Assembly: GCA_044220955.1 (NCBI GenBank) | Contig: JBGAQA010000072.1 | Location: 21,311 to 36,144, forward strand | Direction of reading: 5' to 3' | Length of the DNA stretch: 14,834 bases | From: Sandaracinaceae bacterium | GTDB lineage: Bacteria; Myxococcota_A; Polyangia; Polyangiales; Sandaracinaceae | Part shown: one piece after another, positions 5,978-14,834 of the stretch | Numbering within the stretch: position 1 is the stretch's first letter | Layout: each line of letters begins with the position of its first letter | Notes under the pieces: generated by a model | Database searches by the model: none | What the model was told of the DNA's origin: nothing | Seen by the model: the letters and a program-made list of their open reading frames with translations, nothing else | Program-made: the position numbers and the translations under genes

Positions 5978-7357
5978 TCAGGTCCAGTCGTGCTCGGCCG
6001 GGCCGGGAGGCGGACGCGCGGGGCGGATCGGCAGCGCCTCGCACCGGTAGCCGTGCGCGCGCAGCGCTCGCGCGAGGCCGCTCCGCTCGATCAGGGTCGC
6101 CACGTACCTCATGCGGCCGCCACAGTCGCGACAGGACTGCACATCCAGGCCGAAGCTCTTGCGCATGAGATCGGCCCAGGCGGTGTTGCGGCGCCGCGGT
6201 GGGCCCGGCGGGCCCGGCAGCGCCCGCGCGCGGTGCGAGGCGTGTCCCGCGAGGATGCCGTGGTACAGGAGCGTGTTCGCGCGAGGCCGCGGGACGAGGC
6301 TCGCGAGGCGCTCGAGGAACGTGTCCGGGTCGTACGACACGTGCGTCGTGCCATCGGGCCACGGATGCCGCAGCGCGAGCACGATGCGGCCGTCGGGCAT
6401 GGCGCGGAGGCGTGATGCGGAGAACGGCGGACGCAGGATGTAGCGACAGAGCTGCTCGAGACGATCCCGGCGCCGGGGAGAGACGGCCACGGTGGCGTCG
6501 AGGTCGAAGCCGCCGAGGCGCGCTTTGCGGCGCTCGCGCTCGGGGACGAGCGTCACGTGCGGGTCCTCGTCCGGACCGAGCTTGCTCGCGCCACGCGACA
6601 GGACGGAGCGCGTGAGCGTGTGCGCGAGCGGGCCCTCCTGCCCTGCAGCCTCCGATGCGCCGCCGTCGCGACGCGCCAGCAGGCGCTCGACGCGCGTGAC
6701 GATCTTCGCGAGCAGCGCCTCCATCTCGCCGGGAGCCGGGGCGGCGACGGGGACGAAGCGCGGAGCCCGGCCCGGCGCGAGCGCGAACGCCCCGTCGAGG
6801 AACACCCCGTGGAAGTGCAGGTTGAGCCGGAGGTCGCCGCCGAATCGATGGATGGCCGTGACGTTCCCGCCTTGGAGGCGCGCCCCGGCCGGGCAGCGGA
6901 CGGAGCGGCGGTACCACCGGTCGATCACGCGGACGGCGACCCTCCAGATCGCGAGCGCGAGGGAGTGATCGTACGCGGCGCGGTAGCGGAGCCCGAAGGG
7001 CAGCGTCAGCACCCACTGACGGACGCGCACCTCGGGGAACACGCGCGAGACGAGATGGCCGGCCAGATCCGTCATGCGACGGCCACCGCAGCGAGGACAG
7101 AAGCCCCTTCCTTTGCAGGAGAGCGCGACCAGGCGGTCCCGGCGGCAGTCGTCACAGCGGAAGCGCGCCGCACCGTGCGCGAGCACGCCGCAGCGGAGGA
7201 ACGCGCGCAGCTCGTTCGTCACGAACGGAGGCAGCCCGACGCCCTCCGGGTCGGCCGAGGCGCGCGCGGCGAGGAACGTCTCGAGGTGCTCGCGCAGCAC
7301 GCGGTGCAGGACGCCAGCCTGGGGATCGCGCGGGCTCGTGTCGTGGGTGGCGCGCAC
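5978..7357 (-). CDS. IS91/ISCR-family HUH rolling-circle transposase
   Basis: Zn-binding region (CG..AHG...RCDDC...SCKGRGFCPRCG), RQWVLTLP, HUH motif HRFGGDLRLNLHFH, catalytic LCRYILRPP, LVPRPR...YHGILA and C-terminal CRDCGGRM; 459 aa, uninterrupted. Confidence 0.96.
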   Translation of the reverse strand: MRATHDTSPRDPQAGVLHRVLREHLETFLAARASADPEGVGLPPFVTNELRAFLRCGVLAHGAARFRCDDCRRDRLVALSCKGRGFCPRCGGRRMTDLAGHLVSRVFPEVRVRQWVLTLPFGLRYRAAYDHSLALAIWRVAVRVIDRWYRRSVRCPAGARLQGGNVTAIHRFGGDLRLNLHFHGVFLDGAFALAPGRAPRFVPVAAPAPGEMEALLAKIVTRVERLLARRDGGASEAAGQEGPLAHTLTRSVLSRGASKLGPDEDPHVTLVPERERRKARLGGFDLDATVAVSPRRRDRLEQLCRYILRPPFSASRLRAMPDGRIVLALRHPWPDGTTHVSYDPDTFLERLASLVPRPRANTLLYHGILAGHASHRARALPGPPGPPRRRNTAWADLMRKSFGLDVQSCRDCGGRMRYVATLIERSGLARALRAHGYRCEALPIRPARPPPGPAEHDWT

Positions 7358-7368
7358 GGGCGGCGCCG

Positions 7369-7384
7369 AGCAGCGAGCGTTCCG
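7369..7384 (-). promoter_or_regulatory. Candidate sigma54 (-24/-12) promoter of the transposase
   Basis: Minus strand CGGAACG-CTCG-CTGCT has GG-N10-GC spacing and resembles TGGCACG-N4-TTGC. It lies 12 nt from the GC to the GTG start. Confidence 0.5.
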
Positions 7385-7542
7385 GAGCCGGCACCTGCGA
7401 ACCGCGGAGGATCTCGACCGCGGCTGGCGGAGGTGGCGGCGGGCCGCCGCCGGTCAGGGCCCCGGCACGCGATGACCCCTCGTCCCGGCCCTCTCGCGAG
7501 CCGGCCACCGTCAGTCCGCCGCGCCGCGCGCGTCGACGAGAC

Positions 7543-7767
7543 ATGAGCCGCCGCCGGAGTCGCTCGCACGGATCGTGGACGGGGCGCTGCTGGATCGACG
7601 ATCTCGATCCGGAGCGCGAGTGGGTGGACACGGCGCCGCGGGACGTCGAGCGTGCGGCGGCGCCCCCGGCGCCGGCGAGGAGCGGGGCTCGGCTCGCGGA
7701 GCCGGGCGAGCCTGCGCTCGGGGATGCCATCGGGTGGCTCGGGGCGGTGCAGCGGGAGAAGGCGTGA
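7543..7767 (+). CDS. Small hypothetical protein (74 aa), divergent from the transposase
   Basis: ORF fills an otherwise empty gap and has a Trp/acidic core (GRCWIDDLDPEREWVD). No family recognised. Confidence 0.35.
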   Translation: MSRRRSRSHGSWTGRCWIDDLDPEREWVDTAPRDVERAAAPPAPARSGARLAEPGEPALGDAIGWLGAVQREKA

Positions 7768-7856
7768 GCGAGGGCGACGGCGATCGAGATGGACGGCTGA
7801 GACCCGGCGCGCACGACGAGACGCCGAAGTCGCCGTAGCGCTCCGGCTCGTCCCGA

Positions 7857-7877
7857 TCTACATTTCCGTAGACGAGG
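7857..7877 (+). promoter_or_regulatory. Operator, -10 and RBS of the RHH-GNAT operon
   Basis: Inverted repeat TCTAC-N6-GTAGA (7857-7872) overlaps TACATT (7859-7864). GAGG at 7874-7877 precedes GTG 7883. Confidence 0.5.
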
Positions 7878-7882
7878 TCCTC

Positions 7883-8167
7883 GTGAGCGACACCCAGATC
7901 TCCGCGTTCATCTCCGACACGACCAAGGAGAAGGTCGAGCGTTACGTCGACGCGCATGGCGTGAAGAAGGGACACCTCGTCGAGGAGGCGCTGCTGCACC
8001 ACCTGCAGGCGCTGCGCGAGCTGCCGGCGGATCTCGTCCTGCCGCCGCGCCTGCTCGTGTCCCGCGAGTCGCTCGAGAAGGTGGCGGGTCTCGTTCGCAA
8101 GCCGCCGCGTCCCACGAAGGCGCTGCGAGATCTGATGAGTGGCCGGCGCGTCGATGGCGAGCCCTGA
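7883..8167 (+). CDS. RHH antitoxin (DUF1778/TacA-like) of a GNAT toxin
   Basis: MSDTQISAFISDTTKEKVERYVDAHGVKKGHLVEEALL (RHH) ... RLLVSRESLEKVAGLVRKPPRPTKALRDLM (DUF1778-like tail); 94 aa; overlaps the toxin start. Confidence 0.8.
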   Translation: MSDTQISAFISDTTKEKVERYVDAHGVKKGHLVEEALLHHLQALRELPADLVLPPRLLVSRESLEKVAGLVRKPPRPTKALRDLMSGRRVDGEP

Positions 8168-8690
8168 CGAGACCCGCTTCCGCGTTCGGCGGCTCGCGCC
8201 GGACGACGACCGCACCGAATTTCGCTCCGGGAACCTCGAGCTCGATCGGTTTTTCCATCGCTACGCCGGGCAGAACCAGTTTCGGCACCACATCGGCACC
8301 ACCTACGTCGCAGTGCGCGACGACGGCTTCCTCGCCGGGTACGCGACCGTGGCCGCGTCGGAGATCGCGACCGCTGCGATCCCCGGGGCGACGCGCAAGC
8401 GACTGCCGCAGTATCCGCTTCCGGTCCTGCGCCTCGCTCGGCTGGCGGTCGACGAGCGCGCTCGTGGGCTGGGCGTGGGGGCGATCCTGCTCGCCGCCGT
8501 GATCGGCCTCGCAGACACGATGGCGACCGAGCTCGGCTGCGTGGGCGTCGTGGTCGACAGCAAGCCCGAGGCGACAGCCTTCTACGCGAAGCTCGGCTTC
8601 GTGGCGCTGGAGGTGGACGCCGGTCAGCTCGGCGATCGCCCCGAGCCGCTGCCGATGTTCTTGTCGCTCGGCTCGGTCCCGAAGCGCTGA
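8154..8690 (+). CDS. GNAT acetyltransferase toxin (AtaT/TacT-like)
   Basis: DDRTEFRSGNLELDRFFHRYAGQNQ...GYATV...PQYPLPVLRLARLAVDERARGLGVGAILL...GVVVDSK...FYAKLGF are hallmark motifs of tRNA-acetylating GNAT toxins. Confidence 0.92.
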   Translation: MASPDETRFRVRRLAPDDDRTEFRSGNLELDRFFHRYAGQNQFRHHIGTTYVAVRDDGFLAGYATVAASEIATAAIPGATRKRLPQYPLPVLRLARLAVDERARGLGVGAILLAAVIGLADTMATELGCVGVVVDSKPEATAFYAKLGFVALEVDAGQLGDRPEPLPMFLSLGSVPKR

Positions 8691-8708
8691 GCGGGCGTCG
8701 CCCTCTCG

Positions 8709-10022
8709 TCAGCTCGGCAGCCGCGCGAGCCTTCGCGCCGCGATGGGCGACTCCGGCCACACGCGCAGCACGCGCTCCCACGCCGCCCTGCGGCTCTGCA
8801 CGTCGCCGCCGCTCTCGGCGAGCAGCGCGAGGTTCATCAGCGGGTTCGGGTCGCTCGGGTCGATCGACGCCGCACGCTCCAGCTCTTCCCGCGCCTCCGC
8901 CTCGCGGCCCAGGTGCATGAGCGACGCGCCCAGGCCGTTGTGCGCGGCCGCGAGATCGTCGACGCGGCGGAGCGCCGCGCGGAACGCGCGCTCGGACTGC
9001 TCGTAGTCCTCCAGCAGCACCAGCGCGTTGCCGAGCTTCAGCCACGACGCCGCGTCGGCGTCCTCGCGGTCGATCGCCTCGCGGTAGGTGTCGACCGCCT
9101 CGGTCACGAGGCCCAGGTCCCGCTGCAGATCCCCGAGCGCCAGCAGCGGCTCGGCGTCGTTCGGCGCCAGCTCCGCCGCGCGGCGGAAGTCCTGCTCGGC
9201 GCCCTCGACCTGGCCGTTCGCCGCGCGCTCGAGGCCGCGGCCGAAGATCGCGTCGGGGTCCGACGAGGCGCGCGCGACCGCCGTCTCGAACGCCGTCAGC
9301 GCCTCCGGGTGCTCGCCCCGCTCGCGGAGCAGGCGTCCGAGGTTGATCCACGGGTCGTGCCCCACGCGGTCGAGCTCCGTCGCGTGCCGCAGCTCGCGCT
9401 CGGCGCCCTCGAGGTCGCCGCACGCCGCGAGCGCCAGCCCGTACCGGTTGTGCAGCGGGCCCGATGTCGGGTAGTCGGCGACCAGCGCCTCGAGGCGCTC
9501 GCGCGCGGACTCGTGCTCGCCCCGATCGAGCGCGAGGTCGGCCGCGAGCAGCAAGGCGCGCGGGTGGCGCGGGTCGATCGCGAGCGCCGCGTCGAGCTCG
9601 GCCTGCGCGTCGTCGAGCAAGAGGCGCCCACGCGAGAGCGCCGCCGCGAAGACGTGCAGGTCCGCCGTCTCGCCCAGGAACTGCACGGCGCCGCTCAGCT
9701 CGCCCTCGGCGAGCAGCAGGTCGCCGCGCTGCAGATCCTCCAGGCCGCGCGCGTAGTGCTCGAGGCCGCGGACCTCGTCGTCGATCGCCCCGAGCGCCTC
9801 GGCGCGCTCGATCAGCGAGGTCGCCGTCGACGCGTGCACGCGGTCCAGGCCGGGCGCCTCGAGCAGCGACGCGTCCAGCAGCGCGCGCGCCTCGTCGAGC
9901 ATGTGGGCCGCCTGCGCGTCGCGCCACGTCGTGTACCCGAGCGCGGCGCCCATCGCGAGCCCGGAGGTCAGGGTGGCCAGGAGCACGACGCGGCCGCGGC
10001 GCGCGCGGTTCGGGGTGGACAT
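8709..10022 (-). CDS. Membrane-anchored tetratricopeptide repeat protein (437 aa)
   Basis: N-terminal hydrophobic segment (VVLLATLTSGLAMGAALGY) followed by multiple TPR units (WINLGRLL, LLALGDLQ, WLKLGNAL, AHNGLGASL, LMNLALLA). Start set at ATG 10022, downstream of TTGACG (10057-10052). Confidence 0.88.
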   Translation of the reverse strand: MSTPNRARRGRVVLLATLTSGLAMGAALGYTTWRDAQAAHMLDEARALLDASLLEAPGLDRVHASTATSLIERAEALGAIDDEVRGLEHYARGLEDLQRGDLLLAEGELSGAVQFLGETADLHVFAAALSRGRLLLDDAQAELDAALAIDPRHPRALLLAADLALDRGEHESARERLEALVADYPTSGPLHNRYGLALAACGDLEGAERELRHATELDRVGHDPWINLGRLLRERGEHPEALTAFETAVARASSDPDAIFGRGLERAANGQVEGAEQDFRRAAELAPNDAEPLLALGDLQRDLGLVTEAVDTYREAIDREDADAASWLKLGNALVLLEDYEQSERAFRAALRRVDDLAAAHNGLGASLMHLGREAEAREELERAASIDPSDPNPLMNLALLAESGGDVQSRRAAWERVLRVWPESPIAARRLARLPS

Positions 10023-10155
10023 GGCCGGAGTCGATCCGGTGTGGATCGCCGCGTCAAGAAACCGGCGACCCACGAGCTCCTCACGAAAGCCGTTCTCGAC
10101 TGGCCCGGACGCGTCTATCCTCGGCACCCGAGGGTTCCTGGAGGGAAGGGCACGG

Positions 10156-11874
10156 ATGCGCACGACGACGTCGAGGGGATGGTTGGGGCTCGCGGCAGCG
10201 GTGATCGCGCTCACGGTGGCGCCCACGACCGCGCACGCCGGCGGCTTCGAGCTGAGCGGCGCAGGGACGCGGCCGCTCGGCCGCGGCGGCGCCTTCGCCG
10301 CCCGCGCGGACGACGCGCTGGCGCTCCTCTACAACCCCGCGATGCTGGCCGACCTCCCGGACAGCCAGATCCACCTCAGCGCGGGCATCGGCTTGCTCGA
10401 CGCGTGCGTCCAGCGCACGGGCACCTACGGAGGCAGCCTCGTGGGCGGCGCGACCGGGGCGCCCACGATCTTCGACTCGCCCGGCGGCATGCCCGACGCC
10501 TGGACCTCGAGCGCGTTCCCGCGCGTGTGCAACGGCGGCCCGCCGCAGATCCTGCCGCAGCTCGTCGCCAACGTGCGCCTGGCGGACGAGCTCGGCTTCG
10601 CGTTCGGCATCCTCGCGCCCAACGGCGTCGGCGCCTCCGCCTGGGGCGGCAGCGACGGCACCGTCTCGATGTCGGGTGACACGACCGGCAACGCGCTGCG
10701 GCCCTCACCGACGCGCTACGCGCTGGTGGACGCGAACCTGCTCCTCTTCTCACCCAGCGTCGGCGTCGGCTGGCGCCCGGTCGACTGGTTCCGCGTCGGC
10801 CTCACGCTGCAGTGGGGCATCGGCATCATCTCGTTCACCAACTACACGAACGCAGGCACGGGCGGCGAGGATCCGTCGGGCGACATCCGCACCCAGCTGC
10901 ACGTCGTCAGCCCCTTCGTGCCGGCGGGCATCCTCACGGTGCACTTCGTCCCGCACGAGAGCGTCGACATCGTGCTCGGCGGGCGCCTCTCCGACGCCGT
11001 CGGCGGCGTCGTCCCGGCGAGCGGCACCCTCACGCTCACCACGAGCGCGTTCGGCAACCCGATGGACGCCACGTCCGCCCAGCCCCAGGCGACCACGGTC
11101 AACGGGACCACGCTGCACTCGGGTCAGCCCTGGCAGTTCTGGGCGGGCTTCCGCTACGGCCACCGCCTCCGCCCGCGCGCCTACACGCGCCCCGGCGACG
11201 CGCGCCTCCGCCCGGGCCCCGACGACCCGATGGCCGACGAGCTCTTCGACGTCGAGCTCGACGTCGTCTACGAGTACAACCGCCAGGTCACGGACTTCGT
11301 CGTGACGAACCCGACCGGCGCGAGCGCGAACATCCGACCGGCGGGCTGCCCCGTGGGCGACGCGTCGTGCCTCGTGAGCATCCCGGTGCCCACGACGCTG
11401 CCCCTGGCGCACGGCTGGAGCGACAACCTCGTCTTCCGCCTCGGCGGGGACGTCAATGCGATCCCGGGCTTCCTCGCGTTCCGCCTCGGCGGCAGCTTCG
11501 AGCTGCCGCTCAGCCGCAGCTTCGTGCAGTACATGACGAACGACTTCATGCAGGGCTGGCGCATCGGCCTGCACGCCGGCGCCACGATCCGGATCGACAA
11601 CCACTTCGATCTCTCGGTCGCGTACGCGCACATCTTCTCGGAGACGATCCAGATCGGCGTCAACCCGGGCGATCCGGCCGGCAACTACCGCCTCGTGGCG
11701 GCCACGGGCATGAACGGCGCCTGCACGGGCACGGGCGGCGGCACGTACGACCCGAACAACCCGGTCACGAGCCGCGGCTGCTTCCCGAACGGGTTCGGCT
11801 CGGTGATCAACAGCGGGACGTACACCCAGGAGTTCAACGTCTTCTCGCTGTCGGGCACGTACCACTTCGACTGA
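10156..11874 (+). CDS. OmpP1/FadL/TodX-family outer-membrane transport protein
   Basis: Signal peptide ending AHA, then GGFEL...RPLGRGGAFAARADDALALLYNPAML (FadL hatch with NPA motif), amphipathic beta strands and C-terminal LSGTYHFD. Purine-rich RBS before ATG 10156. Confidence 0.88.
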   Translation: MRTTTSRGWLGLAAAVIALTVAPTTAHAGGFELSGAGTRPLGRGGAFAARADDALALLYNPAMLADLPDSQIHLSAGIGLLDACVQRTGTYGGSLVGGATGAPTIFDSPGGMPDAWTSSAFPRVCNGGPPQILPQLVANVRLADELGFAFGILAPNGVGASAWGGSDGTVSMSGDTTGNALRPSPTRYALVDANLLLFSPSVGVGWRPVDWFRVGLTLQWGIGIISFTNYTNAGTGGEDPSGDIRTQLHVVSPFVPAGILTVHFVPHESVDIVLGGRLSDAVGGVVPASGTLTLTTSAFGNPMDATSAQPQATTVNGTTLHSGQPWQFWAGFRYGHRLRPRAYTRPGDARLRPGPDDPMADELFDVELDVVYEYNRQVTDFVVTNPTGASANIRPAGCPVGDASCLVSIPVPTTLPLAHGWSDNLVFRLGGDVNAIPGFLAFRLGGSFELPLSRSFVQYMTNDFMQGWRIGLHAGATIRIDNHFDLSVAYAHIFSETIQIGVNPGDPAGNYRLVAATGMNGACTGTGGGTYDPNNPVTSRGCFPNGFGSVINSGTYTQEFNVFSLSGTYHFD

Positions 11875-11925
11875 AGTGAGCGATCTCCCCGCGTTCGCAG
11901 CCTCGTTGCGCGAGAGTGCGACGAC

Positions 11926-14202
11926 ATGCGCGTCAACGTCCTGGGCGGCGGTCCTGCGGGGCTCTACCTCTCCATCCTTCTGAAGAAGCGCGATCCGCGC
12001 GCTGCCGTGCGGATCGTGGAGCGAAACCCCGAGGGGCAGACCTGGGGGTGGGGCGTCGTCTTCTCCGACGAGACGCTCGGCAACCTCGAGGAGGCCGACG
12101 CGGAGAGCTACCGCGCGATCACCGACGCCTTCGTCCGCTGGTCGGCCATCGAGGTGCGCGCGCGCGGCGAGACGCACCGCTCGGGCGGCCACGGCTTCTG
12201 CGGCCTCTCGCGCCGGCAGCTGCTCGCCATCCTCGAGGCACGCGCTCGCGCGCTGGGCGTGACCATCGAGCACGGCTCGGAGGTCGCCGACGTGGACGCG
12301 CTGCGGCGCGCCTCCGACCTGCTCGTCGGGGCCGACGGGCTGCGGAGCGTCGTGCGCGCGCGCTGGGAGTCGGCATTCGCGCCCTCGCTCGATCCGCGGC
12401 GCTGCCGCTACGTCTGGCTCGGCACCGACCACCGCTTCGAGGCGTTCACCTTCTCGTTCCGGCAGAACGAGCACGGCCTCTTCCAGATCCACGCGTATCC
12501 CTTCGAGGCCGGGACGGGCACGGTGATCGTCGAGTGCGAGGAGAGCACGTACCTGCGCGCCGGGCTCGATCGCGCGACCGAGGCGGACACGCTGGCCTAC
12601 TGCGAGAAGCTCTTCGCGCCCGACCTCGAGGGCGGGCGCCTGCGCTCGAACCGCTCCCTGTGGACGCAGTTCCCGACCCTGCGAAACGAGCGCTGGTCGC
12701 ACGAGAACGTCGTCATCCTCGGCGACGCGGCGCACACGGCCCACTTCTCGATCGGCTCGGGCACCAAGCTCGCGATGGAGGACGCGATCGCCCTCGATCG
12801 CGCGCTCGCCGTCGGCGGTCGCGCGCTGCCCCACGCCCTCGAGGCCTACGAGGCCGAGCGCAAGCCGGAGGTCGGGCGCATCCAGACGGCGGCCCAGCAG
12901 AGCCTCGAGTGGTTCGAGACGGTCGCGACGCGGCACGAGCGGCTGCCCGTCTCGCAGTTCCTGTTCTCCCTCTTCTCTCGCAGCCGCCGCATCACGCACG
13001 CGAACCTGCACAAGCGCGACGCGGCGTTCGTCGACGGGCTCGACCGCGACTTCGAGCAGCGCTCGGGCTCCGCGCGGCCGGGCGCTGCGAGCCTGCGCCC
13101 GCGCCCGCCGATGTTCACGCCCTTCGCGCTCCGCGAGCTACGCCTCGTCAACCGCATGGTCGTCTCGCCGATGTGCCAGTACTCGGCCGTCGACGGGATG
13201 CCCGACGACTTCCACCTCGTCCACCTCGGCAGCCGCGCGATCGGCGGGGCGGCGCTGGTGTTCACGGAGATGACCGACGTCTCGCCCGAGGCGCGCATCT
13301 CGCCCGGCTGCGCCGGGATCTGGAGCGAGGCTCAGGCGGGGGCGTGGAAGCGAATCGTCGACTTCGTGCACCGCGAGAGCGACGCCAAGATCGCGATGCA
13401 GCTCGGGCACGCGGGGCGCAAGGGCGCGACCGTGCTTCCGTGGGAGGGCGGCGACGCCGAGCCGCTGCCGGACGATCAGAGCTGGGAGCTCGTCGCGCCC
13501 TCGCCCCTCGCGTACTCGGAGGCGAAGAAGAACAAGGTGCCGCGCGAGATGAACCGCGCCGACATGGATCGCGTGATCGCCGACCACGTGCGCGCGGCGA
13601 GGCACGCGCTCTCGGCGGGCTTCGACCTGCTCGAGGTCCACATGGCGCACGGCTACCTGCTCTCGACGTTCCTCTCGCCGCTCACGAACGTGCGGCAGGA
13701 CGCGTACGGCGGCTCGCTCGAGGCGCGCATGCGCTTCCCGCTCGAGGTGTTCGACGCGGTGCGCGCGGTGTGGCCGAAGGAGCGCCCCATGAGCGTGCGG
13801 CTCTCGGCGACCGACTGGGTCCCGGGTGGGACCGAGGCGGCGGACTCGGTGGTGATCGCGCGCGCGCTGAAGGACCGCGGCTGCGACGTCATCGACGTCT
13901 CGACGGGCCAGGTCTCGCCGCTCGAGAAGCCGGTGTTCGGGCGCGCGTTCCAGACGCCGTTCAGCGAGCGCATCCGGCTCGAGGTCGGGATCCCGACGAT
14001 CGCGGTGGGCAACGTGCAGGACTTCGACCAGGCGAACTCCATCCTGCTCGCGGGGCGCGCCGATCTCGTGGCGCTCGCTCGGCCGCACCTCTCGGACCCA
14101 TACCTCACGCTGCACGCGGCGGCGGCGCAGGGCTGGGACGACGTGCGCTGGCCCAAGCAGTACGAGCGGGCGCGGCCCAAGACGATGGCGCAGAAGACAT
14201 GA
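11926..14202 (+). CDS. abmA: Bifunctional salicylyl-CoA 5-hydroxylase / 2-aminobenzoyl-CoA monooxygenase-reductase (FAD monooxygenase fused to an Old Yellow Enzyme domain)
   Basis: [21 protein letters not shown] and [22 protein letters not shown] in the monooxygenase half. [45 protein letters not shown] and ARPHLSDPY in the OYE half; 758 aa. Confidence 0.92.
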   Translation: MRVNVLGGGPAGLYLSILLKKRDPRAAVRIVERNPEGQTWGWGVVFSDETLGNLEEADAESYRAITDAFVRWSAIEVRARGETHRSGGHGFCGLSRRQLLAILEARARALGVTIEHGSEVADVDALRRASDLLVGADGLRSVVRARWESAFAPSLDPRRCRYVWLGTDHRFEAFTFSFRQNEHGLFQIHAYPFEAGTGTVIVECEESTYLRAGLDRATEADTLAYCEKLFAPDLEGGRLRSNRSLWTQFPTLRNERWSHENVVILGDAAHTAHFSIGSGTKLAMEDAIALDRALAVGGRALPHALEAYEAERKPEVGRIQTAAQQSLEWFETVATRHERLPVSQFLFSLFSRSRRITHANLHKRDAAFVDGLDRDFEQRSGSARPGAASLRPRPPMFTPFALRELRLVNRMVVSPMCQYSAVDGMPDDFHLVHLGSRAIGGAALVFTEMTDVSPEARISPGCAGIWSEAQAGAWKRIVDFVHRESDAKIAMQLGHAGRKGATVLPWEGGDAEPLPDDQSWELVAPSPLAYSEAKKNKVPREMNRADMDRVIADHVRAARHALSAGFDLLEVHMAHGYLLSTFLSPLTNVRQDAYGGSLEARMRFPLEVFDAVRAVWPKERPMSVRLSATDWVPGGTEAADSVVIARALKDRGCDVIDVSTGQVSPLEKPVFGRAFQTPFSERIRLEVGIPTIAVGNVQDFDQANSILLAGRADLVALARPHLSDPYLTLHAAAAQGWDDVRWPKQYERARPKTMAQKT

Positions 14203-14258
14203 CGCACGGCTCCCACGGAAACTGGACGGCGCGGGCTCGCGGGGCGTACGCGTCGGGG

Positions 14259-14693
14259 ATGCGCTCCCTGCTCGCCTCGCTCGTGATGCTCACCCTCGGT
14301 TGTGGCAGCGCGCCTGCGCCGGCCCCCACCGTGCACGTGGCCGAGGCGCCGCCGCCGCCCGTGGAGATCAGCGAGCCGGTGATCCAGCGCGCCGCGCTCG
14401 ACGAGGTGCTCGACGCCGGCCTCGGCGCGTTCCTCGGCCGCGTCACGACCGCGCCGAGCCTCGACGGGAACCGGTTCGTGGGCTTCCAGCTCGTCGCGCT
14501 GCGCGACGAGGCGCTCTTCTCGGGCGTGGATCTGCAGCCGGGCGACGTGATCCTGTCGGTGAACGGTCAGTCGATCGAGCGGCCCGACGACGCGTTCACC
14601 GCGTGGACGGGGCTGCGCGTCGCGAGCGAGATCACCCTCGCGGTGCTCCGCGACGGCGAGCGGCGCGACCTGCGCTTTCCGATCGTCGACTGA
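14259..14693 (+). CDS. PDZ-domain lipoprotein (GspC-type PDZ)
   Basis: MRSLLASLVMLTLGC lipobox, Pro-rich linker, then FVGFQLV...LQPGDVILSVNG...LAVLRDGE. An alternative in-frame ATG at 14199 overlaps the abmA stop. Confidence 0.85.
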   Translation: MRSLLASLVMLTLGCGSAPAPAPTVHVAEAPPPPVEISEPVIQRAALDEVLDAGLGAFLGRVTTAPSLDGNRFVGFQLVALRDEALFSGVDLQPGDVILSVNGQSIERPDDAFTAWTGLRVASEITLAVLRDGERRDLRFPIVD

Positions 14694-14703
14694 GGCGCGC
14701 GTG

Positions 14704-14834
14704 CCCTCACCCAACCCTCTCCCACTTCGTGGGAGAGGGCTTTCGAGCTCGGTTCCCTCTCCCACTTCGTGGGAGGGGGCCCTTCGAGCTCGGTTCCCTC
14801 TCCCACTTCGTGGGAGGGGGCCCTTCGAGCTCGG
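14704..14834. repeat. Tandem REP-like palindromic repeats (40-41 bp period, at least 3 units, runs off the window)
   Basis: Units start at 14715, 14755 and 14796. Each is a CCCTCTCCCAC-TTC-GTGGGAG(A/G)GGG hairpin plus a linker ending TTCGAGCTCGGTT. The array is preceded by CCCTCACCCAA. Confidence 0.9.

Larger units (their letters stand above)
5746..7451 (-). mobile_element. IS91/ISCR-like rolling-circle element (oriIS end at 5746; terIS end uncertain)
   Basis: Intact HUH transposase. The end downstream of tnp reads ...CATCCTTCCTACGCCC on the minus strand, similar to the ISCR oriIS terminus ...AACTTCCTATACCC as I recall it, and abuts a truncated gene. The right boundary is a guess at the GGCGGCGG/CCGCCGCC inverted repeat (7435-7451). 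Confidence 0.8.

Noticed and set aside
2996..14693. Long Arg/Ala/Gly-rich ORFs (e.g. 2996-5224, 3412-5535, 4872-7016, 7942-9927, 8913-10679, 10750-13011, most of 11916-14693)
   Set aside because: These are alternate-frame or antisense shadows of real genes, caused by stop-codon scarcity in high-GC DNA. Only the AgmX-like part of 4872-7016 and the last 144 codons of 11916-14693 look real.
14704..14834. CRISPR array
   Set aside because: The sequences between hairpins are near-identical rather than unique spacers, the period is only 40-41 bp, and no cas genes are present.

Overview
Very GC-rich DNA with myxobacterial-type gene content (Cys-rich lipoprotein, AgmX/PglI-like fragment, Tat-exported caspase); the taxon is inferred, not proven. 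The left ~8.7 kb is an accessory island. It holds four type II toxin-antitoxin loci (partial MazF, Phd-VapC, RHH-MazF, RHH-GNAT) and an intact IS91/ISCR-type HUH rolling-circle transposase (5978-7357, minus strand). The key observation is that the 104-bp oriIS end of this element (5746-5849) contains an 11-6-11 XerC/XerD dif-like site. The same end is repeated in direct orientation 4,720 bp away (1026-1129, one mismatch). The two copies bracket cargo whose outermost genes, a caspase-like lipoprotein and a TauE/SafE transporter, are both truncated at the repeat boundaries. Nested inside, a perfect 22-bp direct repeat (1864-1885 / 5486-5507) brackets a second insert with a 3,622-bp period. Together this suggests an HUH transposon that captures DNA and uses host Xer recombination to stack cassettes (inference). 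The right ~6 kb looks like backbone: a TPR protein, a FadL-type outer-membrane channel, an AbmA-type flavin monooxygenase/reductase and a PDZ lipoprotein. The window ends in a tandem REP-like hairpin array. Many genes appear to be leaderless.
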